Source: Chiloscyllium plagiosum
Taxonomy: Eukaryota
Assembly: GCF_004010195.1 (NCBI RefSeq)
Contig: NC_057750.1
Location: 8,762,684-8,826,683, forward strand
Direction: 5' to 3'
Length of the DNA: 64,000 bases
The notes under the pieces were generated by a model. That model worked only from the letters and a program-made list of their open reading frames with translations. It did not search any database and had not been told where the DNA came from. Below, piece by piece: positions 27,315-38,252 of the stretch (positions are counted from its first letter, which is position 1; each line of letters begins with the position of its first letter). A program made the position numbers and the translations under genes.

Positions 27315-27650
27315 ATCCCTACAACATGGAAGCAGGCCATTGGGCCCATCAAGTCCACAATGGCCATCTGAAGAGCATCCCACCTAGATCCACACCCTCT
27401 ACCCTATCTTTGTAATCCTGCATTTTCCATAGCTAATCCACTTAGCCTGCACATTCCTGAATACTCTGGGCAATTTAGCACCAACTATGCATATCTGTGT
27501 CTGTGGGAGGAAACTGGAGCACCTGGAGGAAACCCAGGCAGAAATGGAGAGAACGTGCAAAATTGCACACACACAGTCGTCCAAGAGTGGAATAGAACCC
27601 AGGTCCCTGGCACTGTGAGGCAGCAGTGCCAAGCACTGAGCCACCATACC
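27315..27650 (-). mobile_element. HE1-like SINE
   Basis: Reverse complement of the same SINE head, core and tail. Confidence 0.75.
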
Positions 27651-27889
27651 ACCCCAATTTATTCTCTGAACTAATACGCAGCTACTGTTAAGGAGCCAAA
27701 AGCTCCCAACGGCATTTTCTTCCTCGGTTATTTCATACGCTCCACACCAAGGCTGGGACAAGTATTTGAAAACGGGGGGGTTAAAACAGACAGATGCTTG
27801 ATGTCTGGCACTGACATAATGGGCTGAAGGTCCTTTTTCCATGCTGTAAAAACTCTGACACCAGTATGAGTATTATGTACGCAACCCAA

Positions 27890-28360
27890 GGCAGCACAGT
27901 GGCTCAGTGGTTAGCACTGCTGCCTCATAGGGCCCTGGGTTCAAGTCCAGCCTTGGGCGACTGTCTGAGTGGAGTTTGCACATCCTCCCCGTGTCTGTAT
28001 GGGTTTCCCCTGGGTGCTCCGGTTTCCTCCCACAGTCCAAAGATGTGCAGTTTAGGGTGATGATTTGGAGATGCCGATGTTGGACTGGGGTGTACAAAGT
28101 TAAAAATCACACAACACCAGGTTATAGTCCAACAGGTTTAATTGGAAGCACACTAGCTTTCGGAGCGACGCTCCTTCATCAGGTGATTGTGGTTAACAGT
28201 TTAGGGTGGATTGGCTATGGGAAATGCAGGGTAACAGGGATTGGGGAGGCTGGGGTTGGGTCTGGGATGGGGGAGGCTGGGGTTGGGTCTGGGGTGGGAC
28301 GCTCTTTGGAGGGTCAGTGTGGACTCAAAGGGCCAAATGGCCTGCTTCCAGGGATTCTAT
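27890..28360 (+). mobile_element. HE1-like SINE interrupted by a hammerhead-bearing mini-element (28060-28196)
   Basis: Head ggcagcacagtggctcagtggttagcactgctgcctca. The insertion is flanked by the 12-bp duplication CAGTTTAGGGTG at 28048-28059 and 28197-28208. Confidence 0.85.
28149..28191 (-). ncRNA. Minimal type-I hammerhead ribozyme motif (PLE-end family B)
   Basis: The minus strand reads CAC-CUGAUGA-A-GGAGC-GUC-GCUCC-GAAA-GC-UA-GUG: intact core, 5-bp stem II, palindromic AGCU stem III, CUA cleavage triplet and stem I CAC/GUG. Confidence 0.75.
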
Positions 28361-28704
28361 GGTTTCTTGCTATTGCACTTGTTCCATGTTGTAGCCCAGA
28401 CAAAACCCACATCTAACAAAGCCACACCACCTCTCTCTCCCCCCCCCCCCCACTTCCTGCCTATCCTCTTAAAAAGCCACATGTAACCCTGAATATTCAT
28501 CTTGAGATCCCACAATATTTTACAAAGGCAAGATAGTTGCTGCATTTTAGATTTAGCTTTTAAAACCATTTAATTTGTTCCATTATATTTTAGACTAGAA
28601 AAAAAATCTACTTGGAAAATACACTTTGTTTGCCTATTGCTTTCACCGTTTATAACATTTCTGTGATGAGCAGTTTCATTTCATTGACACCCAGCTCTCC
28701 TCAC

Positions 28705-28884
28705 CCAGGCATCCGCCCTGTCCAGTTCGGTCACCCCCGGTTGCCCCGTACCCGAGCTCGCTGCTCCTGGCCTAGGCCCGGCCCGGCTCTGGTTGCGGCT
28801 CCTGCCGAACAAGCTGAACCTCCTGCGGACAAAGTGAGTGCCGATGTGCCGTCGCAAGGCCCCGAGTGCGCGGAGAGACGCCAT
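28705..28884 (-). CDS. TMEM160: Transmembrane protein 160, exon 1 (Arg-rich mitochondrial-targeting-like N-terminus)
   Basis: The ATG at 28884 lies in a CpG island. The exon encodes MASLRALGALRRH...VTELDRADAW and ends at donor TGG|gtgagg (human VSELDRADAW). The total CDS is 552 nt = 183 aa. Confidence 0.9.
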
Positions 28885-29059
28885 CCGATCGCTGCTGCGG
28901 CGGGAGCCCAGTGAAGAGGCCAGGCCCCGCTCGAATGGGAAACAAAACCCGACTGGAAGAGAAAGCTGCAGTTCGGTCCTCCGGCCGCTGTAGGGGAGGA
29001 AGGGGGCGCTCCACTCGGAGGACTCCTCCCGCCGACAGGCAGAGGGAGGACCGCGAGCT

Positions 29060-29352
29060 GCGCCCCCGGATGGTTGGAGGACTCCATGTCATGAGACGGC
29101 GCTGCACGGCAGCTGGAGCGCTTTAATTGTGCCCTCTAATGCCGGGGGGAACTGCATAGCTTCGGGGACCAACCCGCTTCGTTGCAGGAGGACCCGAGCT
29201 GCGCCCTCTGATGGCTGGAGGACCGCAGGGAACCCTGGATGGTTGAGTGGAATGTGGAGGATGCCAACTGTGCCCTCTAATGGCTGGAAGACCGCATCGC
29301 TTCGGAGAGAGACTCTCCGTTGTAGGAGGAGCCAAGCTGCGCCCCCTGATGG
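29060..29352 (-). promoter_or_regulatory. ~70-bp-period tandem array containing five co-oriented CTCF-like core motifs
   Basis: Minus-strand cores are CCATCCGGGGGCGC (29060-73), GCATTAGAGGGCAC (29129-42), CCATCAGAGGGCGC (29201-14), CCATTAGAGGGCAC (29270-83) and CCATCAGGGGGCGC (29339-52). Confidence 0.55.
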
Positions 29353-29711
29353 CTGCAGAACCACATGGCATGGGACTGGACCGAAGGAGGCCATTCAGCC
29401 CATCTCTTAGAATGAATATCGTGACTTAGCTTTTCCCAGTAACCCTGCACCATTTTTTCTATCAAAAAACTCATTCAATGCCATCTTGAACTTGCCTCCA
29501 CTACCGTTTTCTAGGTAAAACATCCTAGACATTAACAACTCACTGAGACAATAAAGTTTCTTCTTACACCACATTTGCTTCTTTTGCAAATTAAATCTAT
29601 GACCTCTTATTCATGATCCTGTTCCAAATGTGAATTTTTTTTTCCCCTATCGATTCTGCCATGACTGAAGACTTCTATCAAACCTTCTCCTGACCAAGGA
29701 GAATTGGCCCC

Positions 29712-30232
29712 ATAGAGTCATAGAGATGTACAGCACGGAAACAGACCCTTCGGTCCAATCCCTCCATGCTGACCAGATATCCCAACCCAATCTAGTCCCA
29801 TCTGCCAGCACCCAGCCCATATCCTCCAAACCCTTCCTATTCATATACCCATCCAAATGCCTCTTAAATGTTGCANNNNNNNNNNNNNTACACGCACCAC
29901 CCTCTGCGTGAACAAGTTGCCCCTTAGGTCTCTTTTATATCTTTTCCCTCTCACCCTAAACCTATGTCCTTTTGTTCTGGACTCCCCCACCCCAGGGAAA
30001 AGACTTTGTCTATTTATCCTATTCATGCCCCTCATGATTTTATAAACCTCTATAAGGTCACCCCTCAGCCTCCGACGCTCCAGGGAAAACAGCCCCAGCC
30101 TGTTCAGCCTCTCCCTGTAGCTCAAATCCTCCAACCCTGGCAACATCCTTGTAAATCTTCTCTGAACCCTTTCAAGTTTCACAACATCTTTCCGATAAGA
30201 AAGAGACCAGAATTGCACGCAATACTCCAACA
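29712..30232 (-). mobile_element. Young CR1/HER1-like LINE 3' end (spans a gap)
   Basis: ORF 29841..30317(-) reads LEYCVQFWS...KDVVKLERVQRRFTRMLPGLEDLSYRERLNRLGLFSLERRRLRGDLIEVYKIMRG. The 3' tail ends in (ctatgact)n. Confidence 0.9.
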
Positions 30233-30399
30233 GCGCCATTCTATTTACAAAGCTGAAGTTTCTCATTCCCAGAATCATACTCTCAAGCCTCTTGTGCAGA
30301 ATTAACAATGCACGCACATAAAGTGTCGCACCCCTGATATCTGCAGGATGATAGGCTAAAGTGCAGTTAGCCTGACACAGGAAGAGTTATAACAGGAAA

Positions 30400-30735
30400 G
30401 GGCTGCACAGTGGCTCAGTGGTTAGCACTGCAGCCTCACAGCACCAGGGTCTCAGGTTCGATTCCAGCCTTAGGTGACAGTCAGTGTGGAGTTTGCACAT
30501 TCTCCCCATGTCTGTGTGGGTTTCCTCTGGGTGCTCCGGTTTCCTCTGGGTGCTCCAGTTTCCTCCCACAATCCAAAGATGTGCAGGTCAGGTGAATTGG
30601 CCATGCTAAATTGCCCATAGTGCTAGGTGCATTAGCCAGAGGGAAATGGGTCTGGGTAGGTTACTCTTTGGAGGGTTGGTGTGGACTAGTTGGACTAAAG
30701 GGCCTGTTTCCACACTGTAGGGAATCTAAGCTATC
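30400..30735 (+). mobile_element. HE1-like SINE with a 19-bp internal tandem duplication
   Basis: SINE head, core and tail; ggtttcctctgggtgctcc occurs twice. Confidence 0.85.
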
Positions 30736-30879
30736 TAAACTGAGGCATTTATAATGAGGGACTTTTATTTACTGACAGGATGTGGCCATTTCTGGCTGGG
30801 TCAGCATTTTTTGCTCATCTGTAGTTGCACTTGAAAAGGTAGTGGTTCGCCTTGTTGAACCACTTTGTTGATGAGAATG

Positions 30880-31280
30880 ATCCCAGGTATGGAGGTAAGT
30901 AAAGGTTAAACAGGTTAGGGACTCTACTGTTTAGAATTTAGAAGAATGAGGGGTGATCCCATTGAAACATATCGGATTCGTAAAGGGGCTTGACAGGGTC
31001 AATGATGAGAGGATGTTTCCCCTCATGGGAGAATCCAATATCCAATTATAGTTTCAGAATAAAAGGGAGCCAATTTCAGTCTGAGATGAGGAGGAATTTC
31101 CTCTCTCAGAGGGTTGTGAGTCTTTGGAACTCCTTGCCACAGGGAGCTGTGGGGGCAGAGTCTTTGTGTATATTTAAGGCTGAGATAGATTCTTGATCAG
31201 TCGGAGAGTCAAGGGTTAAGGGGAAAGGGCAAGAAGGTGAATGTGGGGAATGTCAGATCAGTCATGATGTTCTTGAATTG
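30880..31280 (+). mobile_element. Older CR1-like LINE 3' fragment
   Basis: ORF 30990..31196 contains RIKGSQFQSEMRRNFLSQRVVSLWNSLPQGAVGA. Confidence 0.75.
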
Positions 31281-33439
31281 TGGGATAGGCCTGGGCCTAT
31301 TAAAAAAAATACTGCAGTCCTTTAAGTGCAGATACACCCACAGTGCTATTATGCAGGGAGTCCCAGGATTTTAACCCAGCGATGCAGAAAGGGTGGCATT
31401 ATGTTTCCAAGTCAGGATGGGGAGTGTCTTGGGGGAGAACTTGCAAGTGGTGGTGTGTCTGCTGCCCTTGTCTTTCTAGATTTGATTTGATTTGATTTGA
31501 ATTCATTCTTGTCACGAACTGAAATACAGTGAAAAGTTGATGTGGTTGTGGGTTTGGAAGGTGTTATCTAAGGATTTTTGATGAACTTCTGCAGTGCATT
31601 TTGAAGATGGTACACATGGCTGTTACTGGGCATCAGTGGTGGAGGGAGTGGAAGCTTGCAGATGTGGTGGCAATCAAGTGGGCTCTTTGTCCTGGATGGT
31701 ATCAAGCCTCTTGAGTGTTGTGCATGCTGCACCCATTCAGTAAGTGGGGAGCATTCCATCACATTCCTGACCCAGCTCTTTTGGCTGTTGGAAAGGCTTT
31801 GGGGAGTCAGGAGGTGAGTTACTTGCTGCAAGGTCTCTGACCTGCTCTTGTATTTATATGGCTAGTCCAGTTAAGTTCCTCATCAATGGTGACTTTTAGG
31901 ATGTTAATAGTTACAAATATTATTTGCCACTTATCAGCCTAAACTTGGATATTATCCAGGCATAGATAATGCTGGAGAAACTCAGCAGGTCTGGCAACAT
32001 TTGTGGAGAGAGAAACAGAGTTAACACACTGGACTTAAAACTCAGTTTCTCTCCCCACAGATTCTGCCTGACTTGCTGAATTTCTCCAACTCTTTTTATA
32101 TTCGGCACATTGATGTCCCGTTTAGTAACAAATCTGAACACATTTTCTCCCCCCAGAATCTGCCAGGCTGAAGTTTGCAAATCCCACCTTGGTCAGGATG
32201 CTTTCTTGGAGTTCGGGAAGTTGGAGGTGGTTGCTGAGGATCTGGAACTCACTGATACTGGTGAAAATGGTCTTGAAGTGCAGTAATCCGTGAGACTGCG
32301 CACCCTAAGCTTGTAAATGGGTAAGGCTGACTGGCTAGTACAGAGAGGAGGGACTAACTGGCCTCAGTCATTCATTTTGGGAAATGCAAATCCCTGAAGC
32401 CAGGCTGTGACCTCAGCTCATTTGCTGAATTTAAGGGTCAGTTAGCCTTTACGCTCCTCAATAATTGTGTCAGGGGTTTGTACTGAGACCTCCAGGGGTG
32501 GGGGTGAGCTGCACAGGGGACCAGCTTTTCCTAAAAGATGTTACCGTTGAAAACCAGCCAATGGTGAGACCCAGAAACTGGTCCTCTTTCTGTGCCAGGG
32601 TACACCAAAATCCCCCTCCCCCTCATGGAATTCCAGTGAAATCACCACAGGAGGCCATTTGGACATCCCTTTCAAAGATCTACTCAATTCCCTATCAATA
32701 CAGCTCAGGATGGGAATGACAGTGAAGAACATAGGCCCTATGGATTGTGAAAGGGTTTTGTGCAGTAGCTGCAGACAGACATGAGAGGCTCTGTGACTGG
32801 GGTGGCCTGGTTAAAACAGATTCCTCAGATAATGAAATAAGGTGGGAGCTCCCAGTGACACCCAGCCACCCAATTGCTACCCATTTCCTCCAGTCAGGCC
32901 ACGCCCACCCTGGCACAGAAAGAGGACCAGTTTCTGGGTCTCACTATTGGCTGGTTTTCGACGATAACATCGTCCATCTCATGGCTGCAGCATTTAGTCA
33001 GAAGTTCAAAAGAAACATTGTTGGAATTCCCCTCACCTTGCCTCTCCCTTCCCTCCTGTTTCAGTCCCTCTCTTCCCCTCCATTCCCTCACCTCCTCCTC
33101 ACTGCACTCTCTTCTTCCATTCCCTCCCTTTCCTTGCCCCTCCTCTCTTTTGTCCCTCTCTTTTACTGCGCCATNNNNNNNNNNNNNNNNNNNNNNNNNN
33201 NNNNNNNNNNCCTTGGACCCCTTCCTCCCTCCGTAATCACATCCTACTCTCCACCCCTTCCCTGTCCCTCAGTCCCCTTCCTCTTTCCCCCTTCCTGCTC
33301 CCCTCAGTGGCCTTCCTACTCCCCCTCCCTCCCACCCACACTCTCCTCACGTGCAGTATTAATGTTGGTTTTACCCTTGAAGCGTTTTCATGAATGCAGG
33401 ACGAAAAATGCAAGATCTTAGTCATGTGGGGCAATGGAC

Positions 33440-34210
33440 CAAGGGGCAGCAGGAGTTTAAATTAGATAAATTTGAGGTGCTGCATTTTGGAAAGGCAAAT
33501 CAGGGCAGATCTTATATACCTAATGGTAAGGTCCTGGGGAGTGTTGATGACCTTGGAGTGCAGGTTCATAGTTCCTTAAGGCGAAATCACAGGTAGATAG
33601 GGTAGTGGAGAAGGCATTTGGCACATTTGCTTTCATTGGTCAGTACACTGAGTACAGGAGTCGGGGGGTCATGTTACAGTTGTACAAGACATTGGTTAGG
33701 CTTTTGCATTCAATTCTGGTCACGCTGTTGTAGGAAGGATATAGAAAGGGTACACAAAAGATTTATAGGGATGTTGCCAGGGTTGGACAGTTTGAACTAT
33801 AGGGAGAGGCTGAAAAGGCTGGGACTTTCTTCGCTGGAGTGTCAGAGGCTAAAGGGTGACTCTATAGAGGTTTATAAAATTATTAAGGGTGTGGACAGGG
33901 TGAATAGCCAAGATCTTTTTCCAAGGATGGGGGGAGTCCAAAACTAGAGGGAATAGGTTTAACGTGAGAGGGGAAAGATTTAAAAGGGACCTAAGGGGTA
34001 ACTTAGGATTGGTGTGTGTATGGAATGAGCTGCCACAGGAAGTGGTAGAGGCTGGCACAATTTAAAAGATATTTGGATATGTACATGAATAGGAAAAAAA
34101 TTAGAGGGATATGGGCCAAGTCCAGGCAAATTGGACTGGTTCAGATTGGGATACCTGGTCAGTATGGATGACTTAGGCCGAAGGATATTTCTGTGCTGTA
34201 TGACTCTAGA
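33440..34210 (+). mobile_element. CR1/HER1-like LINE 3' fragment
   Basis: Contains DKFEVLHFGKANQ...DLGVQVHSSL and MLPGLDSLNYRERLKRLGL, followed by the 3' tail. Confidence 0.85.
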
Positions 34211-34405
34211 AGCCTCGACAGATTGGTTTGAGTTTTTTTGAGAAAAGACACAATCTCTTCAACCATACTTTTGACTATCTGCCCTTCTGTGGTTCAGTGT
34301 CATTATTTTGCTGATAACATTCCAGTAAAATGTCTTGAGGCTAAAGGTGTTATACAAATACAACTTATGATCTATACTTCCCTTTCTCGGGTATACAAGT
34401 ACATT

Positions 34406-34419
34406 CCAGCAGAGGGCAG
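34406..34419 (+). promoter_or_regulatory. CTCF-like motif
   Basis: CCAGCAGAGGGCAG, a strong match to the CTCF core, in unique intergenic DNA. Confidence 0.4.
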
Positions 34420-34516
34420 CAGACAACAATGTACAGAAGTCTCTGACTTTAATTCCACATTTCTCTGTTAAAAATCACACAACACCAGGTTATAGTCCAA
34501 CAGGTTTACTTGGAAG

Positions 34517-34559
34517 CACACTAGCTTTCGGAGCGACGCTCCTTCATCAGGTGATTGTG
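34517..34559 (-). ncRNA. Minimal type-I hammerhead ribozyme motif (family B) within the TSD-flanked insertion 34469-34610
   Basis: The core is identical to the 28149 copy. The insertion is bounded by the 12-bp duplication ACATTTCTCTGT (34457-68 / 34611-22). Confidence 0.75.
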
Positions 34560-35124
34560 TGATTTTTAACTTTGTACACCCCAGTCCAACACCGACATCT
34601 CCGAATCATGACATTTCTCTGTGTAATGTAGAACTTCTAGGAATATAGACTCCAATGGGGCTGGATAAAAGGGAATTGGAAAGCCAACAGATTCGCTTGA
34701 TTGAAAAGCAATTAACTGTTGCTGATTATGGGACTGGATAGTAATGAACTGCAGGAAGAATAGGCTGCGATAAGATGAATAAAGATTTGTATTCATTGCC
34801 GTATCTCAGCTGCCAGGACATAGCTGCTTACTGGTTCATTGAAAATATTGTCTCAGTGGAATTCTGAACAGGAGATAAGGCTTGTGCTCACGCATTGGTT
34901 TCTTCTGTAATCTGAAATGCTCCTGGTATCGGAGTACACAACAGGTCATCGTTGCAAACGCTCAACTCCGTGAGTTCAGAGATTAAAATCAGGCCAATCC
35001 TCACTTCTCAGCCATGACCTGACCTCCTGTGCCCATAAAATGGACGGCATATTGGGATCAAATAGATATTCATGCATTTCCCATTTTAGAGCACCGTTTA
35101 GACTTCTGTGGAAGAATTCATAAA

Positions 35125-35465
35125 TCCCTACAGTGTGGAAACAGGCCATTCGGCCCATCGAGTCCACACCGACCCTCTGAAGAGCATCCCACCCAATCCT
35201 GTAACCCTGCATTTCCCACCTAGCCTACACGTTCCTGGACACAATGGGGAAATTTAGAATCACCAACCCATCCTGACCTGCACATCTTTGGAAAGTGGGA
35301 GGAAACCCACAGACTCGGGGAGAATGCGCAAACCCGACACAGACAGTCGCCCAAGGGTGGTTCCTGAAGAAGGGCTCATGCCCGAAACGTCGATTCTCCT
35401 GCTCCTTGGATGCTGCCTGACCTGCTGCGCTTTTCCAGCAACACATTTTCAGCGAGGGTGGAATC
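35125..35465 (-). mobile_element. HE1-like SINE interrupted by a family-A mini-element (35361-35452)
   Basis: SINE in reverse complement. The insertion is flanked by CAAGGGTGG / CGAGGGTGG. Confidence 0.75.
35361..35394 (+). ncRNA. Minimal hammerhead ribozyme motif (PLE-end family A)
   Basis: UC-CUGAAGA-A-GGGC-UCAU-GCCC-GAAA-CG-UC-GA: intact CUGANGA and GAAA boxes, palindromic ACGU stem III and a GUC triplet. Stem I is only about 2 bp. Confidence 0.6.
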
Positions 35466-37664
35466 AAGCAACAACAGGCCTCTTCAAGCCTACAATGCCA
35501 TTCAATAAGACCATGGCTGATCTGATTTTAACCTCAGCTCTACATCCTATATACTGTAAAAAATAGGAACAGAAATAGGCCATTCGGCCCTTCAAGCCTG
35601 CTCCACCATGTGATAGGATCGCAGCTGATCCAACATTCCTCACATCCACTTTCCTGCTTTTTGCCCGACTAATCAAGGATCGATCTCTCTCAGCCTTAAA
35701 TATACAAAGTCTCTGCCCCCACAACTCCCTGTGCAAAGGAGTTCCAAAGACTCTCAGCCCTCTGAGAGAGGAAATTCCTCCTCATCTCAGTCTGAAATTG
35801 GCTCCCTTTTATTCTGTGGTAAGGAGTGGGGTGGCACAGTGGCCAGCACTGCTGTCTCACAACAACGGAGACCCAGGTTCAATTCTAGCCTTGGGCAATC
35901 GTCTGTGTAGAGTCTGCCTGTTCCCAGCACGGAAATGTCAAATCCTCAAGGCCATAGGTTTATGGTGAGAGGGGGAACCGTTTATATGAGATGTGTGTGG
36001 TCAGTGCCCAGGACACGTTACCAGGGGAGATGACAGAATCAAGTCAATAGTGGCATTGAGACAGAAACAGGGAATAGAAGACCATGATGGGATTAGTCTA
36101 GAATGGCTTCGTGTTCAGCACAGATATGGTGGGCCAAAGGGCCTGTTCCTGGTCTCTACTGTTCTGTGTTGACTCTGCTTTCTTTCCACAGATCTGATGA
36201 GTTTCTCTAGCAATTTCTATTTTTATTCCATTGTCACGTTTGAACCTCACTGATTGTGATGATGTATTTGGGGGGGGGTTGGGGAAAGAACATTGGCTCT
36301 GAACGATAATCACGAAGATCCAGGGTAGAGTGTCCACGGAATCATAGGCAGAGGTAAGGTCATCATCAATCTCCTTGCCTTAATTGCTCTGACCTTTTGA
36401 GTGTAGGCGTTGGGACGTCATATTGAGATGTACAAGATGTTGGTGAGGGCCCTTCTGGGCACCCTGCTCTAGGAAAGGGGAGGACTCAGAAGAGATTTAC
36501 CAGGATGTTACCAGGAATGGCAGGTTTGAGACATAAAAATAGACTGGAAAGGCTGGGCCTTTGACATTCTCAGGTATCAAAGCAAAACATGATGCAGAGC
36601 AGTTATCAGGGGGCAGATGACAAGATGCTTAAAGATAGAGGTAGGCTTTAAGGATGGTCTTAAAAGTTACATAGAGACATGGAGACAAGTCAAAGAGGTT
36701 AGCTCCTAGGCAAATGGAGACAAGGTTGCTCATGGTGGGACAACAGAAATTAGATATGTGTGAGAGGCCAGATCTGAGAGGGTTAAGGACTATGAGTAGG
36801 CCATTCAACCCCTCAAGCCTGCTCCACCCACTTTTTACAATCAGGTCTAATCTCATCTTGGCCTCAACTCCACACTCCTGCCCACTCCCCATCATCCTTT
36901 TACCCATTACATTTCAAAACTCTGTCCAACTCCTCCTCAGATTCACCCAGGCCCCAGCAAATGCTGCTTTCTGGGGGGAGTGAATGCCACAGATTTGTGA
37001 TCCTTTGAGAGAAGTAATTCCTCCTCATCCATGTTTTAAAACCAACCTTTATCCCAAAGCAATGACCTCTCAGTGTGGATTGCTCCACACGAGGAAACGT
37101 CCTCTCCACGTCTATTTTGTCAACTCCCTTTAACACCTTATAGACCGCAATAAGATGTCCTCTCGTTCTCCTCGAACCCGGGGCGAAGGGCAGGCCCAGA
37201 CCAGGGGCGAGCGCAGGCCTAAACTCCTCAATCTCTCCCCATGGGACAAACTGGTCACAGAAATAGGGGCTGGTCACAGAAATAGGCACAGCAGGGAGGC
37301 GAGAGGGAGAAAGGAGGTATTAATGGGGGGGGAGCAAATGCAAATGCCCCTCTTCCTAACACGAGAGGAACTTTAAAGGCCAACAGATGAAACAGGATCC
37401 ACTTTGCAAGAGTAAACAGTTCAGTTTTAATCAGATACTGCCCTTCCTTCACTGATGTAATGCAGGGAGGCGAGAAAGTGCTGGGGCCAGAGACAAACAG
37501 TCACCCCAGCTAAACGTCCCATACTCCAGCCCCTCATAGAGCGAGGATTGGTGATCCATCCTACAGGTGGGACGCTGAACAGTTTGGCTCAGATACCAGG
37601 CAGAAGTAAAGAGTGTGGCGCTGGAAAAGCACAGCCGGTCAGGCAGTATCCGAGGAGCAGGAGA

Positions 37665-37699
37665 GTCGACGTTTCGAGCAGGAGCTCTTCATCAGGAAT
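37665..37699 (-). ncRNA. Minimal hammerhead ribozyme motif (family A), stem II covariant
   Basis: UC-CUGAUGA-A-GAGC-UCCU-GCUC-GAAA-CG-UC-GA. Stem II is GAGC/GCUC here versus GGGC/GCCC in other copies. Confidence 0.6.
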
Positions 37700-37947
37700 G
37701 TGGGCAGGTAAAGCCACTGCCTGTTCTCCAGGTAGAGTGAGTGAAGCAGACTCCTTCCTCCTGTCACCTGGATGCTGGTGTGTTATCGCCCTACAGTGAG
37801 TCCCAAACTGTGGGGACATGGTTGAAAAATTAGGGGTCATTTAAGCTGCAGAGAGAGAGAGAGAGAGAAATCGTGAGAGAGAGACAGTGCACGGAATATT
37901 CTTCACCGGGGAGCTCTGGAGGCCTGGCGTATTGAACGTATTCAAGG

Positions 37948-38252
37948 CGGCACGGTGAGACATTGGTTAGCACTGCTGCCTCACAGCGCAAGAGACCCGG
38001 TTTCATTTCCCACATCATGCTTTGTGAAGTTTGCACGTTCTCCCCGTGTCTGCGTGGGTTTCCTCTGGGTGCTCCGGTTTCCTCCCACAGTCCAAAGATG
38101 TGCAGGGTCAGGTGAATTGGCCATGCTAAATTGCCCGTAGTGTTAGGTATAGGGGTAAATGTAGGGGTATGGGTGGGTTGCGCTTCGGCGGGTCGGTGTG
38201 GACTTGTTGGGCCGAAGGGCCTGTTTCCACACTGTAATCTAATCTAATCTAA
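37948..38252 (+). mobile_element. HE1-like SINE (young, CpG-retaining 3' half)
   Basis: Head ggcggcacggtg...ttagcactgctgcctcacagcgc; tail gggcctgtttccacactgt(aatct)n. Confidence 0.85.

Noticed and set aside
33030..33350. Polypyrimidine tract and the overlapping 224-aa ORF
   Set aside because: Low-complexity sequence around a gap, not coding.
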